This document shows, piece after piece, positions 52,790 to 64,000 of a stretch of DNA of 64,000 nt. The position numbers and the translations under genes were made by a program. Each line of letters starts with the position of its first letter. Within the stretch, counting starts at the first letter, position 1. The stretch is from assembly GCF_009914755.1 (NCBI RefSeq), contig NC_060926.1. The stretch is one strand, 5' to 3'. The notes beneath the pieces are model-generated. The model did not search any database. It saw only the letters and a program-made list of their open reading frames with translations, and was not told where the DNA came from. The DNA is from the human T2T-CHM13v2.0 reference genome, Homo sapiens.

Positions 52790-54730
52790 CTGTATATTCC
52801 TGTGGAGTAACCTCAAGGATATATTGTTAGGTGAAGAAAAGTAGAGAATAGTTTACATTATTTTTGAGAGAGAGAGGGAATTTATATCTATGTATACATA
52901 AAGATATATACAGATACATATATTTGCTTCTTGCTGTTAGTTTGAAAACGTATTTTTCTTATTTTGATAAACTAAAATTAAAAATAAAGGAGATGGTGAT
53001 GATGGTTGCACAATAATGTGAATGTGCTTCATGCTACTGAACTGTATACATTAAAATAGTAAATTTTATGTTAGGTGAATTTTACTGCAATAAGGAAAAA
53101 AATGGTCCAATTATTAAGGGGAGTTGGGATTAGCATGGAGGCAACAGAAACTACCATAGAAACTAGACTTCTGAATATATCTGACTTTGTAGATTTGATG
53201 CTGGAATCATTTTATGTAAGTGTTAAACAAAATGTTATTACCAAAAACTAAAAATTAAAAGGAATATAAAACAAATGAACTGACTATATATCCATCCAGT
53301 TTTGATGGAAGCGCACAGAAAAAGACTGTTCTTAGTGACTTCAGAACACAGTAAACTGTACACTTCTGATGGGATATCACAAAGGATAAAAACTGTAAAA
53401 ACATCTTAAAACCATTTTTATTAATCATGTAATATGTGGTAGCATTGATATTCTCATTCTGAATCCATTGTGAACATTGGAGTAAAGCAGATGAGTAATT
53501 ATGTTAGTGTCTTTGAGAAGTGGGATTTGCAGTGTGGAAGAGAAGAATTAATGGATGGTAGGATTGGTGATGTTATGTAAAAACACTATGACCTTGAGTT
53601 TGAATTGGAAGCACCAGTCTAAACTCATGATTTGTTTTATCTTTGAGGAAGAACAAATTTCCTAGCTAGGGCCACTATCAGGCCTATAAATAGTAATAAA
53701 ATTGAGTCCCTTAAGCCCCACACTTTAGTCTCTAAATGCTGTTTCTACTAAGTGGTATAAGAGGTTCTTGGAAAAATGGCTTATTAAGGTCCAAGACAGA
53801 AGTTGTACCTGTTGAGCCTACAACAGTCTTGTCAGGCACATCTGTCTACCCATGTGCAGAGAAGCTGTCAAAGAAGACTAGGATCGTGTCAAAAGAACTT
53901 AGGAGCCAGCTTGGATAGCCTACCACAGGCCTAGATGGGACAATTGGATAGTCAGTGAGAGGAATATCCACAATATTTTGAAGCATATCAAATATGCTTT
54001 GATGTCATAATGATTTTTTAAATTAAAAATCCTCATAGATCATCATTAGAGTAGGCTAAAGAACAAGTTTATTATTCTGAAAAACTGGCAAATGAAGAGA
54101 AAGAATCAAGTATTTACCAGGCTCCTTCTTTACAAACCTTAGAGTTACCTCAGGGTGACCAAATGGTTGATGAGGGGTAGTTTCTCTTTATAGAGAGGTA
54201 TTATTCCAGCTAATAAACAAAGAAGGAATGGTAAAATATCATCATTTTGCAGTCCGTAATGGATTAATGGATCTAGCTAGTGACCATCCAGGACTGCTAA
54301 CATCCCAAGACAGAGACACCTGTACATTGTTTTCTATGAGGCCAAGAGACATATGAGGCAATTATTACGTATGCTCTCTGACTCTTGAATCACACAGGTG
54401 CATTTAGAAAAAATAAAGGGCAGTTGAAGAAGTATGAATATTAACTGGATATCAGATGATGTTAAGGAATTACTAGGTTTTTTAGGGATAATAGTGATGT
54501 TCAAGTTATATTTTTCAAGTGAAGGTTTGTTCCTTTTAGGGATACATACCGAAATATTTACAGATGAAAGGATATGTCTAGAATTTGTTTTGAGATAATC
54601 TAGAGGGGTTGGGAGAAAATGGGGGTATAGATTAAATATGCATTAATAATTGTTGAAGCTACACAGTAATTACTTTGGCATTGACTATATTGTCATGTTT
54701 GCCTTTCCATGTGTTTGAAATTTTCCATGG
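52790..54730 (+). mobile_element. Ancient L1M 3' UTR fragments (L1MC/ME-like)
   Basis: gatggtgatgatggttgcacaataatgtgaatgtgctt...actgaactgtatac; gaaatatttacagatgaa...tttgaaattttccat; boundaries approximate. Confidence 0.65.
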
Positions 54731-55090
54731 TAAGAGGTTAGAAGTATTTTAGCTGTAGATAAAAGACCCAATAGTGTTAGAAAATACTGTCCTGTCTTAC
54801 CTTCCTTTAATCCCGATTTTACAAATACACTGTGCTTTTAAAAGGTGGAATTATCTGTCCATACCTTGTACTCATAGCCATACCAAGGGCTGCAGTGATT
54901 TTGTTTCTCTAAAACCACAATGAAAAATGATTTCCTTCCTTTGTACCTTCTAGAAAAACAGCATTCCCCACCCTTTGATTTTGTTAGGATGTAAACATGA
55001 CTTTGGGATTGGTCAATCATTTCTTGGCGCATTACTGTGCCTTTTGTATGTGGTTCAGTGTGAATCAGTATATGCCTCTTTGTTTTCCAG

Positions 55091-55260
55091 GTCCTCGTTC
55101 ACCTGGGACTCCTGACCAAGGAATCTGGATTTAAGATTGCAGAGACAGCTTTCAGTGGTGGCCCTCTTGGTGAATTAGTTCAATGGAGTGATTTAATTAC
55201 ATCTCTGTACTTACTGGGCCATGACATTAGGATTTCAGCTTCACTGGCTGAGCTCAAGGA
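55091..55260 (+). CDS. MGAT5: MGAT5 coding exon (approx. aa 270-326, VLVHLGLLTKESGFKIAETAFSGGPLGELVQWSDL...AELK(E))
   Basis: ttttccag|GTC acceptor and GA|gtaagg donor; 170 nt, phase 0 to 2; contains the GGPLGE motif whose Glu corresponds to catalytic Glu297. Confidence 0.97.
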
Positions 55261-55991
55261 GTAAGGAGATTACTTTTCAATTTTAAAATCAGAATACAAA
55301 AAAGAAATTGTAAACTCTTAAAGTATTACCTCTATTAGTGTATAATTTTTTGTCGAGGAAAATGAAAGTGATAATTCACTAAACAGGAGATAAGAAGATT
55401 ATTTTCAGGAGCTAAATACATACACTGTGAAAAGGATAATATGTTTTCATTGTCGCTGAAGGCTCCAGAGGCTTCATAAATGAATGCCAGAAAATTCAAA
55501 CTAAGGAGCTTATTCTTTGCTATTACAGGTGCTTCCAACATCTGGAGCACAAAACATTATTGACTTTCCTAATTCCCTGTCTCTTGCTGAAATTCATACC
55601 ACTGCCTACTCAACATCAATCTTGCTAAATCTTGAAACAGGGCAGGTTCCTGTTTGTAATTCAATTTGGATAGAATAAATTTCCTGAAAGCCCTGAGCTG
55701 ATCCTTTTTCAATTAGCCAACTTTCAGCTGAGTCTGTTAACTCTACTTGGGTTTTTCATTTCACTGAAATTTGCTTCTAGCTCCAGCCCTCCTGTAATCC
55801 CTTCTATATTGGCATAGCTGGCTGAGCAGGGACGCTTCCATCCCCTGCAGTCACTTAGGATTACTGCCCATGGAGACTTCCCACCCAACAGTCAAGTTGC
55901 CATGTTGCTATATGTCGTATATTTCCAGAAGGAATACCTTGAATGAACATTCTAGAGTTCATTGAGATGAGAGACATGTTAAAACAATATA

Positions 55992-56240
55992 TGGTGGCTC
56001 CCAGCACTTCGGGAGGCCAAGGTAGGTAGATCACTTGAGGCCAGGGGTTCAAGAACAACCTGGCCAACATGGTGAGACCCTGTCTGTACTAAAAATACAA
56101 GAATTAACCGGGTGTGGTGGCCCATGCCTGTAGTCCCATCTACTCGAGAGGCAGAGGCTGCAGTGAGCCGAGATCATGCCACTGCACTCCAGCCTGAGTG
56201 ACAGAGCAAGTCTCTGTCTTAAAAAAAAAAAAAAAAAAAA
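55992..56240 (+). mobile_element. Alu with internal deletions
   Basis: cccagcacttcgggaggccaagg...gcagtgagccgagatcatgccactgcactccagcct and an A20 tail. Confidence 0.93.
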
Positions 56241-56727
56241 ATTGGATACACAACCTACAAAGTGGCTGCATTTATACAGTTAGCAGTCACTCATCTGGTG
56301 TCTTCTGTAGGCTAGTTTTGGTGTCGGGCATACAGAGATGGCCAGCTTGTGGTCAAAGATCTTGCTGCCAATCTTTTGATAATTACAACTAATATATTAA
56401 AAATAATTACACAAATTCCAATTCTATTGGTGCTAATTGAGGTGTACGTGGATGCTAGAATGTAAGCACTGGGATTGCAGAAAACTGAGTATCGTTTGTC
56501 ACTGTGTAGTGGGCACCTAGATAGTGCCTAGCAAGTAATGAGTACTCACATAACTATTTATAGAATGAATGAGTGAAGGAATAAATAGGTGAATGAATGA
56601 GTGGGTAGGTAAATAAATGGAGTGCTGTGGTAGAACCAGGGACAAGTACTGCCTGGGGAGGTCAGGAAAGACATGTTAGGGATTTATCAGTCAGAGACTG
56701 AATTTGATGGTCAAGGGAAAATTTGTT

Positions 56728-56933
56728 CAGTATGTCCTCACTTAACATCGTTGATAGGTTCTTGGAAACTAGGACTATAAATGAAATTATGTAAAATGAA
56801 ACCAATTTTTTTCATCAACATTATAACCAGTGATTTGAAGGAAATGACTTTATTGGAGGGCCTGCTATCTGTTGTTTTGTTTAAAGTCCCAGTTTTCAGG
56901 AACCTATTGATGATGTTAAGTGAGGACTTAATT
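56728..56933. mobile_element. MER6-family (MER6B/C-like) palindromic Tigger MITE
   Basis: Long inverted arms gtcctcacttaacatc...ataggttc / gaacctat...gatgttaagtgaggac. Confidence 0.8.
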
Positions 56934-57009
56934 CTAGTAGTCTTTATGCACACTGGGGTCAGGGCTAGATGTGTTTTGTTTAAGAAGATAATTGTGGAAG
57001 CAGTATAGA

Positions 57010-57212
57010 GCAGTGGTCTTTAAATATATCTGTACGTTAGAACCACCTGGAGATCTTTGTATTTATTTCTTAATTTTGGGGGATCTTTTAAAAATCCCAT
57101 AGACCATGCCATAGGCTAATTAGATCACAACCCTTGGGGGTAGGACACAGCCATAAGTATTTTGTGATGCCTCCAGGTAATTTCATTATACAGACAAGTT
57201 TGGGAAACACTG
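57010..57212. mobile_element. MER5A-like hAT MITE
   Basis: cagtggtctttaaa...ttagaaccacctggag...ctccaggtaatt...aagtttgggaaacactg. Confidence 0.75.
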
Positions 57213-57226
57213 AACATGGGGTGGAC

Positions 57227-57449
57227 CAGAGATCAGCAAACTATGGCTCAGCAGGCCGAATCAGCCCTCTGTCTTTTTTTGTAAATACAGTTTCATGGGA
57301 ACACAGCCATGCCTATTGTTTACGTATCATATATAGCTGTCTTCATTCCACAACGGGAGAATGGGCCAGTTGTGACTGAAAATGTATGGCCTGCAAAGAT
57401 GAAGATAATCACTGTCTGGCCCTTAACAGAAAGGGTTTTCTGACTCTTG
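57227..57449 (+). mobile_element. MER58A-like MITE
   Basis: cagagatcagcaaactatggc...gtaaatacagtt..gaacacagccatgcc...ctggcccttaacagaaa. Confidence 0.8.
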
Positions 57450-58432
57450 GGAGGAAACTGGTTCTGCAGAACCTAGTTCTTTCATAAACAGGGGAGAGGA
57501 AGAAGGGTGGCTGATGTGGTGGTAGTACAGAGCTGTCAAGCAGAGTCCTGTTTGTGACTCTCGTCCTTTGAAGCAGGATATCCATAATTTGGTGAAGGAT
57601 TATCATGGGGTGTTGCAGATAAGCAACAGTGGTGACTGATTAGTGAGTGGATGGCAGTAGGGTTAGCACTGACTCGTTCCTACACATGAAGTTGGCCTAC
57701 CAATCAAGTACATCGTCACGCTCTGAGCGCAAGTATGGTTTTGTGTGGATGGTTGCATGGGTGGGGGAAAGGGTGATTAAAAAAAACTGTAAACCATAGT
57801 GCTAGTTCTGTAATATGGTCAAGCGAGGAGGAAAAATTTGACATAAGAGAAAAAGTTAAGGAACAGTATGAGGCAGGTAGAAAGAAGTTAATACTATAGA
57901 GGCTAGAAATTGAAGACATTTAGAAAAAGGGGAGGGGAAGGTTAGTAAGGGTGCTAAGCGGTAAGAACAGGCTCTGGGGGAGAAAACTAAGTTATTGAGT
58001 ATCTAGTATTCATTAGGCACTTTCTTTTCAATATCTCATTGTGAAGAACCCCTGAGAGACTGGTATCCAATGTTCTTTGTATCCAGTCCTTGTTTTCTGG
58101 AAGATGAGCAAAGAGATTGAGAGAGGTTAGGTAACTTGTTTAAGGTCTCACAGCTGCTACATAGTGGTGATGGAGTCAGACCCATATCTTCCTTGATTTC
58201 AAAGACTGTGTTTATATGCCACCATTTGCTTTTGCAAGAGTCAGAATCAGGGTACTGGGTTGGCCTTAATGGATGGAAATAATTTATATAGGTAGCAGAT
58301 TTGAAAGGGCCATGCTGTCATCTCTAAAAAGGATTTTTGGGGTGGCATTTGCCCATTAAAGTTGCCAAGTTTATTACCTTTTAAGTAATGATTTTTCTCT
58401 TTTTTCTCCCCTCTCTTTTGCCGTTTCTCTAG

Positions 58433-58567
58433 AATCATGAAGAAGGTTGTAGGAAACCGATCTGGCTGCCCAACTGTAGGAGACAGAATTGTTGAGCTCA
58501 TTTACATTGATATTGTAGGACTTGCTCAATTCAAGAAAACTCTTGGACCATCCTGGGTTCATTACCA
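58433..58567 (+). CDS. MGAT5: MGAT5 coding exon (approx. aa 326-371, IMKKVVGNRSGCPTVGDRIVELIYIDIVGLAQFKKTLGPSWVHY(Q))
   Basis: Long pyrimidine tract + ctctag|A acceptor and CA|gtaagt donor; 135 nt, phase 2/2; includes an NRS sequon. Confidence 0.97.
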
Positions 58568-61027
58568 GTAAGTGCTACATGGTGTTCTGACTTAAGGTTT
58601 TTTTTCCCCTCCTTAACAAAGGTTGCATGGTTGTGGGTAGAAAAAGCTTATCAAATAGTATCTTTTCAGCTGTGTGGAGTGTTGCTCATTCGTAATTGAA
58701 ATTCAGATTCTCAGTGACTTTGTACTTTCTATGGCTATTCGTTATTTTCATTGGTTTCTTAGAAAACAAGTGTCAACCTCCTTTCTACCTTGACTAATGT
58801 TAATACTTAGCCTTCCTCTCAGTATGCGTATGCCAGTGTCATCTATTTAATCAAATAACAATTTTGATAAAATATGTACAGTGTCATTTCTTGTGTTCTG
58901 TGGGTTTTAGATCATGATTCGCTTTTCTTACCCTTTACCTCATCAGTATTCTTGTCATTCCTGGAAGGGAAATCTGGGAATACGTTATCTGAATGCTGGG
59001 GTCTTGCACTTTTTAAGATAAGCCCATTAAGATTAGTATGTCTGTGGTACATGTGTACTCTGTGCAGTCTTTATTATTTAGTAGAGTAGCTCAGTGTTTG
59101 CCTGAGTGTGGGTTTGGGACCACGATTTAATATTTGAAATGCTTTTACCTGGTATACAAACATGGCACTAAATCACAATGAATTACATAACGAAATTTAT
59201 TAATTTTTCAATTTTCTTTCAGTCTTTTTGAGAAAAGGTGTAGTTTGATGCTACTCTGTGTCCGACACTACTTTTAACACATGCATTTTTAACAATGTGA
59301 GAGTAGCTGTGAGTCTCAGCATTCAGCAGGCAAAAGTATCTATTCTGAATTGTAAAATATTTCCTAAAGGTTATATGCTTTTTTTTGTTGTTATCTTGCA
59401 TTTATGGCAGTCAATACTGGGTTTTATTTATGGTCTTTAAAAGTTTCCTTTAAAAAATCAATTTTAAAAGGTGAATAAACTTAAATATATTTAACAATGT
59501 AAATGGCACATAAATATAAAAAAAGCAAAACTAAAAACTTGCTGCGGGCCAAGATAGTGCTCTACCTTTTGCATGAGGTGTTTTTCTGGTTTTTGGCTTG
59601 TTTCTTGAAATCTTGACCCAAGTAGAGCTGTTGTTTTCTACCATTTTGTAAACGGCAGACATCTGATAAATGTGCAAAGGAATCTACACGGTATAGGCTT
59701 CCCTTGACTCACATATCCTCGCTGTTAAGAAGAGTTCTTTGGATGGAAAAATATTCTCAGTGGTACTGTTTAGGTGAATTAAAAAAGGATAATTTTGTTA
59801 TTAAAATGGTCACCGTTGATTGGTATTTGATTTCTTGTTGGATGAAAAGGCACCATCTCAGAGGGGGTTTTATGGATGAGTGTAATGTTTATCTGCCTTT
59901 CTTTAATAAATCATCTATGTTAGTGATATTACCTGGCAGGAGGTCTGTTAGTGCTTTAGCTCTGCAGTCTTTGTGGTATGGTGAAGCAAAGATTCCATTA
60001 AAAGCCTACTCAGATCCTCTTGGAAGTTTCTAGCTGATTTCTTTCCCTTTTAAAAATTAGAAATTGTCAGGGAAAATTCAAAATTTTCCCTTTTAAAAAT
60101 CAGAAATTTAATGGAATGTATTCCATTAAATGTATTGCTGTTATCTGATCTTTCAATTAGGAACAAACCCTTGAGGCCAGTTGGTCTTGGAAAAATAATT
60201 GTAAATTTTGTCCAATTTACGTAGGGACCTAGGAAATTCAATTAAACATATATTAAATGCCTACACACAACTAGTATTCTGCTAGGTACTGCAAAGCTCA
60301 TACGCATTTTACTTCCTACAAGGCCTTTGTTGAAGGACATACAAGAAAGTAAACTGCAAGTAGTCCAAGATATGCCATGTTTTATGTCAAACACCAGATT
60401 AGAAATTAGGGCATGGCAAGGAGCTCCTGAACATCCATTTCATAGTAGTGTGGCTGAGAGCAAAGAGAAGTTTCTAGGAGGTATTTGGCATGGCTGCTGC
60501 GATCGCTGTTACGGGAAGGCGAGCTGCCTTGGGCATCAAAACAAACATCTTTTTAAGTCATTAGTCGGCCTATGATGCTCCAGACACAGAGACATTAGAG
60601 GGAAGACATAAATATTAGCAGCACATTATAAAAATAGTTGCAAAACACACAGATGCAGGATGTGATTGAAGAAGGAAAACTATAATGTCAAACCTTCCAT
60701 GTCATAGACCAAGTCCAGTGTCCTGTCTGTGCTTTATAAATTAAACCTAGATAAGCTAGAAAAGCAATTCCCAAGCCAAAGCCTCAAGTAAAAGGATGTC
60801 GAATTATAAATTTCTGAGAGACATCCGATCATTCCATTCCTCTTTCAGGAAGAGCCCAGTGCCGCATAGCTTACATCTAGGCGCTGTGCAAAGTCCGGGC
60901 TTTCAGGAGTTAGGCCCTTAGCAGACAACTTTACTCATCAGGATTTGTTTTAATTGCCCAAATCAAAAATAACAATAATAAAACTTCAAAGTTAAAAATG
61001 TCACTAGCCAAAGCTAGAGAAGAGTAT

Positions 61028-61296
61028 ATCGTTAGCATTTTATATCCATGAGTTCCACATCAACGGATCAACCGCAGACCAAAAATATCTGAAGGAAAAA
61101 GATAACAATACAATAATAAAAATACAAATATGATATTAGGCATTATAAGTAATCTAGAGATGATTTAAATATGAGAGGATGTGCGTAGGTTATGTGAAAG
61201 TACTATACCACTTTATATAAGGGACTTGAGTATCCTTGGATTTTGGTGTCCACAGGGGTCCTGGAACAAATCCACCAGATACCAAAGATGGCTGTA
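61028..61296 (+). mobile_element. MER2-like Tigger MITE (a smaller piece also lies at about 36855-36945)
   Basis: ttataagtaatctagagatgatttaaa...ggatgtgcgtaggttatg...aagggacttgag...ggggtcctggaac. Confidence 0.8.
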
Positions 61297-62381
61297 GACT
61301 GTTGGAGTCAATTGCCAATAAATGGAAGAAGCTGAGCCTTCAAGCCAAGGCTCCACATGACCACAGTGGCCCATTTCTCCCTGCTTTGCCTGCACAGAGT
61401 GCTGTAATCTTTGACTCACAAAGTAGTGCTGGTGAATCCCAGCTCTGGTTCTCTGGTAGGAGTGGAGCATTCCCCAGCCCCACAAATCAGCGTGGGTCCT
61501 GTCCTCTCCTCCCACTTTTTGCAGTGACCTGCAGAGCTGCCACCGTTAACACTGCCAGCTTTTGCAGAAGAATATATAGTGGCTCAAACCACTTCCTTGT
61601 ACATCTTTTTTTAAACGGAAAAATATAAGTTAAGAAATGGGTATGTTTTATTAAGAAGTGGAAAGGGATGCTCTGAGCTATTCAAAGAGCAACAAAAACA
61701 AACACTGATCAGTTCCTTGGGTCCCTAGCTTTCTTTTTTCGGGACTGTGGGCTTTATTTCTGCCCACCTATCGGCCACGAGGCCAATGACATATCTTTAA
61801 TGATACTGTGAAAACTCCCACTGTGATGAGAGCATATTCCGTGAGAGCCACACAAGAATCTAAGACAGGGAAATTCCTCCTGTAGTTAGCTTGTATTTGA
61901 CTTGTGGTGGTGGCCTGCCTGCCTTTCTTTTCTTCACTTCCTGGCCTTGACGAATGGTAGTGATCTCTAATGACAAAACTAGCACACAGAAATGAAAATT
62001 TTTGAGTATACTTCCTAAAAAGTCCATTCTCATGTTTGGATTTTTTCCCCCTGAATCATACATTGAAGTGAAAATAAAAGTTGAAAGAATGCTTTTCTGA
62101 TAGTAGGAAAAAACTGAGCCAGATTTTTAGAAGTCATTGCCATCATCTGATTCTAAAATGTGGGTTTCAATCTTTACTTTTATGCTTCTTAGTCTTCTAA
62201 AAGTTATTCAGAAGTTATTACTGATACATAATAGAAAATAGAGCTGCTTTTATTGGCCATCCTCAAGTTTAATTTACATCAAATATTTTGAAAGTCAGTG
62301 ATGAAATATTATCAAAATCAATAAATTTTGTTTTAGGATTGATTCCTTTCTTCCAACTGGTTGCTCTTCGTGCACTCTAGA

Positions 62382-62690
62382 GCAGTGGTCAGAAAACCTT
62401 CTGAAAAGAGCCAGCCAGTAAACATTGTAAGCTTTTTGAGCCGTATATGCATCGCTGCAGCTACTTAGCTGTGCTGTTGCAGGATGAAAGCAGCCATAGA
62501 GAATAGGTCAACAACAGGGTGTGGCTGCATTCAAGTACAATTTTTATTTTCGAACATGAAAATTGGAATTTTATGTAATTTGTACATGTCACAAAATATT
62601 TTTTAAAAACCATTTAAGAATGTAAATATTATTCTAAGCTCACAGACCGTACAAAAATAGGCGGTAGACCAGATTTGGCCCTGTTTTATG
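62382..62690 (-). mobile_element. MER58B-like MITE
   Basis: ccagccagtaaacattgtaagct...gaaagcagccataga...gtgtggctg...tgtcacaaaatatt...ccagatttggccc. Confidence 0.7.
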
Positions 62691-63307
62691 GCTTTGGTGG
62701 AATAGTAAACAAAACATTTTCACTTGTATCTTCAAGTTCTAGGAGAAAGCAAATAAAGTTCTATTACTATCAGATATATAAAAAAATACCATTGCCTACT
62801 GAATGAGATTCTAAGCTTAATGTAAAGTCAAATACTCCAATTGATGAAAATGTTGAATGATTGCTCCTAGAGATAACACGTGTCATATGCTTTAAGCAGA
62901 ATAAGACCTCTATAGATGGTAGCTCTGTTTCTTTGGCATCAGTTGATTAGACACCTACTGTGTGCTCAGCTCTGGCTAGGTGCTGGGGGTACAGCATTGA
63001 ACATGGCAGTCCCCAGTTCAAGCTTTCATAGAACTTTTTATTTTGCTGGTAGTTGAATGATCTTCTGTAATTAGTTACCCGATCTGAAGCAAATCGTATC
63101 TGCTGTGTGATGTCTCAGACTCTAAAGTGACACAAGTAGATGTTCGGTACACAAGCTATTGTAAAACATCACAATTCTTGTCTGGTCCTGCTTCTATTTA
63201 AAAGGATTTACCTATTTTTAGTAGTCTTGAAGGAAGGGTTAGAGCTTTTACCTTTTCAACTTTGGGGGCAAGTATGTAGTGTTCAACACATTGCTTTTTT
63301 CTTTCAG

Positions 63308-63441
63308 GTGCATGCTCCGAGTCCTTGATTCATTTGGTACTGAACCCGAATTTAATCATGCAAATTATGCCCAATCGAAAGGCCACAAGACCCCTTGGGG
63401 AAAATGGAATCTGAACCCTCAGCAGTTTTATACCATGTTCC
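63308..63441 (+). CDS. MGAT5: MGAT5 coding exon (approx. aa 371-416, CMLRVLDSFGTEPEFNHANYAQSKGHKTPWGKWNLNPQQFYTMF(P))
   Basis: tttctttcag|G acceptor and C|gtgagt donor; 134 nt, phase 2 to 1; overlaps supplied ORF 63279..63503. Confidence 0.97.
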
Positions 63442-63590
63442 GTGAGTATTCCTGTTTCATGTATGCTTTCCAGAATGCCACCAAAGATAGATGGGAAAAT
63501 TAGCCGCCATCTATTTTGGGTTATGATTCTCAGGACCATTAGCTGTAGAAGTGTGTGCTGTTGAACCTTTTCCTTGGGAATTACTGAATT

Positions 63591-63624
63591 TGTTTTTTTG
63601 TTTTTGTTTTTGTTTTTGTTTTTT
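63591..63624. repeat. (GTTTTT)n simple repeat
   Basis: About five tandem GTTTTT units. Confidence 0.9.
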
Positions 63625-64000
63625 AGTTGAAATCGAAAGGCCACATGAATATTTTTTGAAAAGCCTTGAAAATGTTCTGGAGAAAAAATGTTCAATACAA
63701 AGTATCCTTAGAAACTATTTGGGAAAGGACTTTGCAGTTACTTTAGATTGGCAGGCACTAAACACATTTTATGCCACATGGATGCTATTTAGGGTACACT
63801 TTGTCACTAATGAGAGGTGAAGTCTTTCATGCAGATCTATTTTCCACATAATTAAACCTTAATTATTTAAGCATCAAACTTTTTAAAGAAAAAAATAGCT
63901 TTTAAAAATGGAGCTGTTTTAAACTCAGTTTTGTATTTTACTGATTTTTTTCAATCCTAGGCCCAGAATGAAATTTTACCTTCTCTTGCTGACTTGGTAT

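Noticed and set aside
63279-63503. 74-aa ORF as a standalone protein or alternative last exon
   Set aside because: It is the MGAT5 exon plus intronic flanks. A good GTGAGT donor lies at 63442 and nothing in the sequence supports read-through.

Overview
Primate (almost certainly human) genomic DNA lying entirely inside one + strand gene, MGAT5 (alpha-1,6-mannosylglycoprotein 6-beta-N-acetylglucosaminyltransferase V, GnT-V). Seven internal coding exons (31008-31084, 32129-32218, 49717-49788, 51759-51920, 55091-55260, 58433-58567, 63308-63441) have canonical AG/GT boundaries and splice in frame to about residues 136-416 of the recalled protein. The first 31 kb is one large intron. Most of the rest is interspersed repeat: Alus, a 5'-truncated L1PA3-like element with a 14-bp TSD, old L1M/L2/MIR, solo LTRs (LTR10C-like, MER68-like, MLT1A) and MITEs (MER58, MER53, MER44, MER6, MER5A, MER2), plus microsatellites. 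The most notable hidden element is a disabled antisense copy of the epididymal RNase A-superfamily gene EDDM3 at about 33040-33660, which the ORF track misses. Nearly all other supplied ORFs are noise. I found no evidence of a new multi-gene biological system; the findings are evolutionary and regulatory details. Repeat-family names and reference protein comparisons come from memory of consensus sequences, not from a search.
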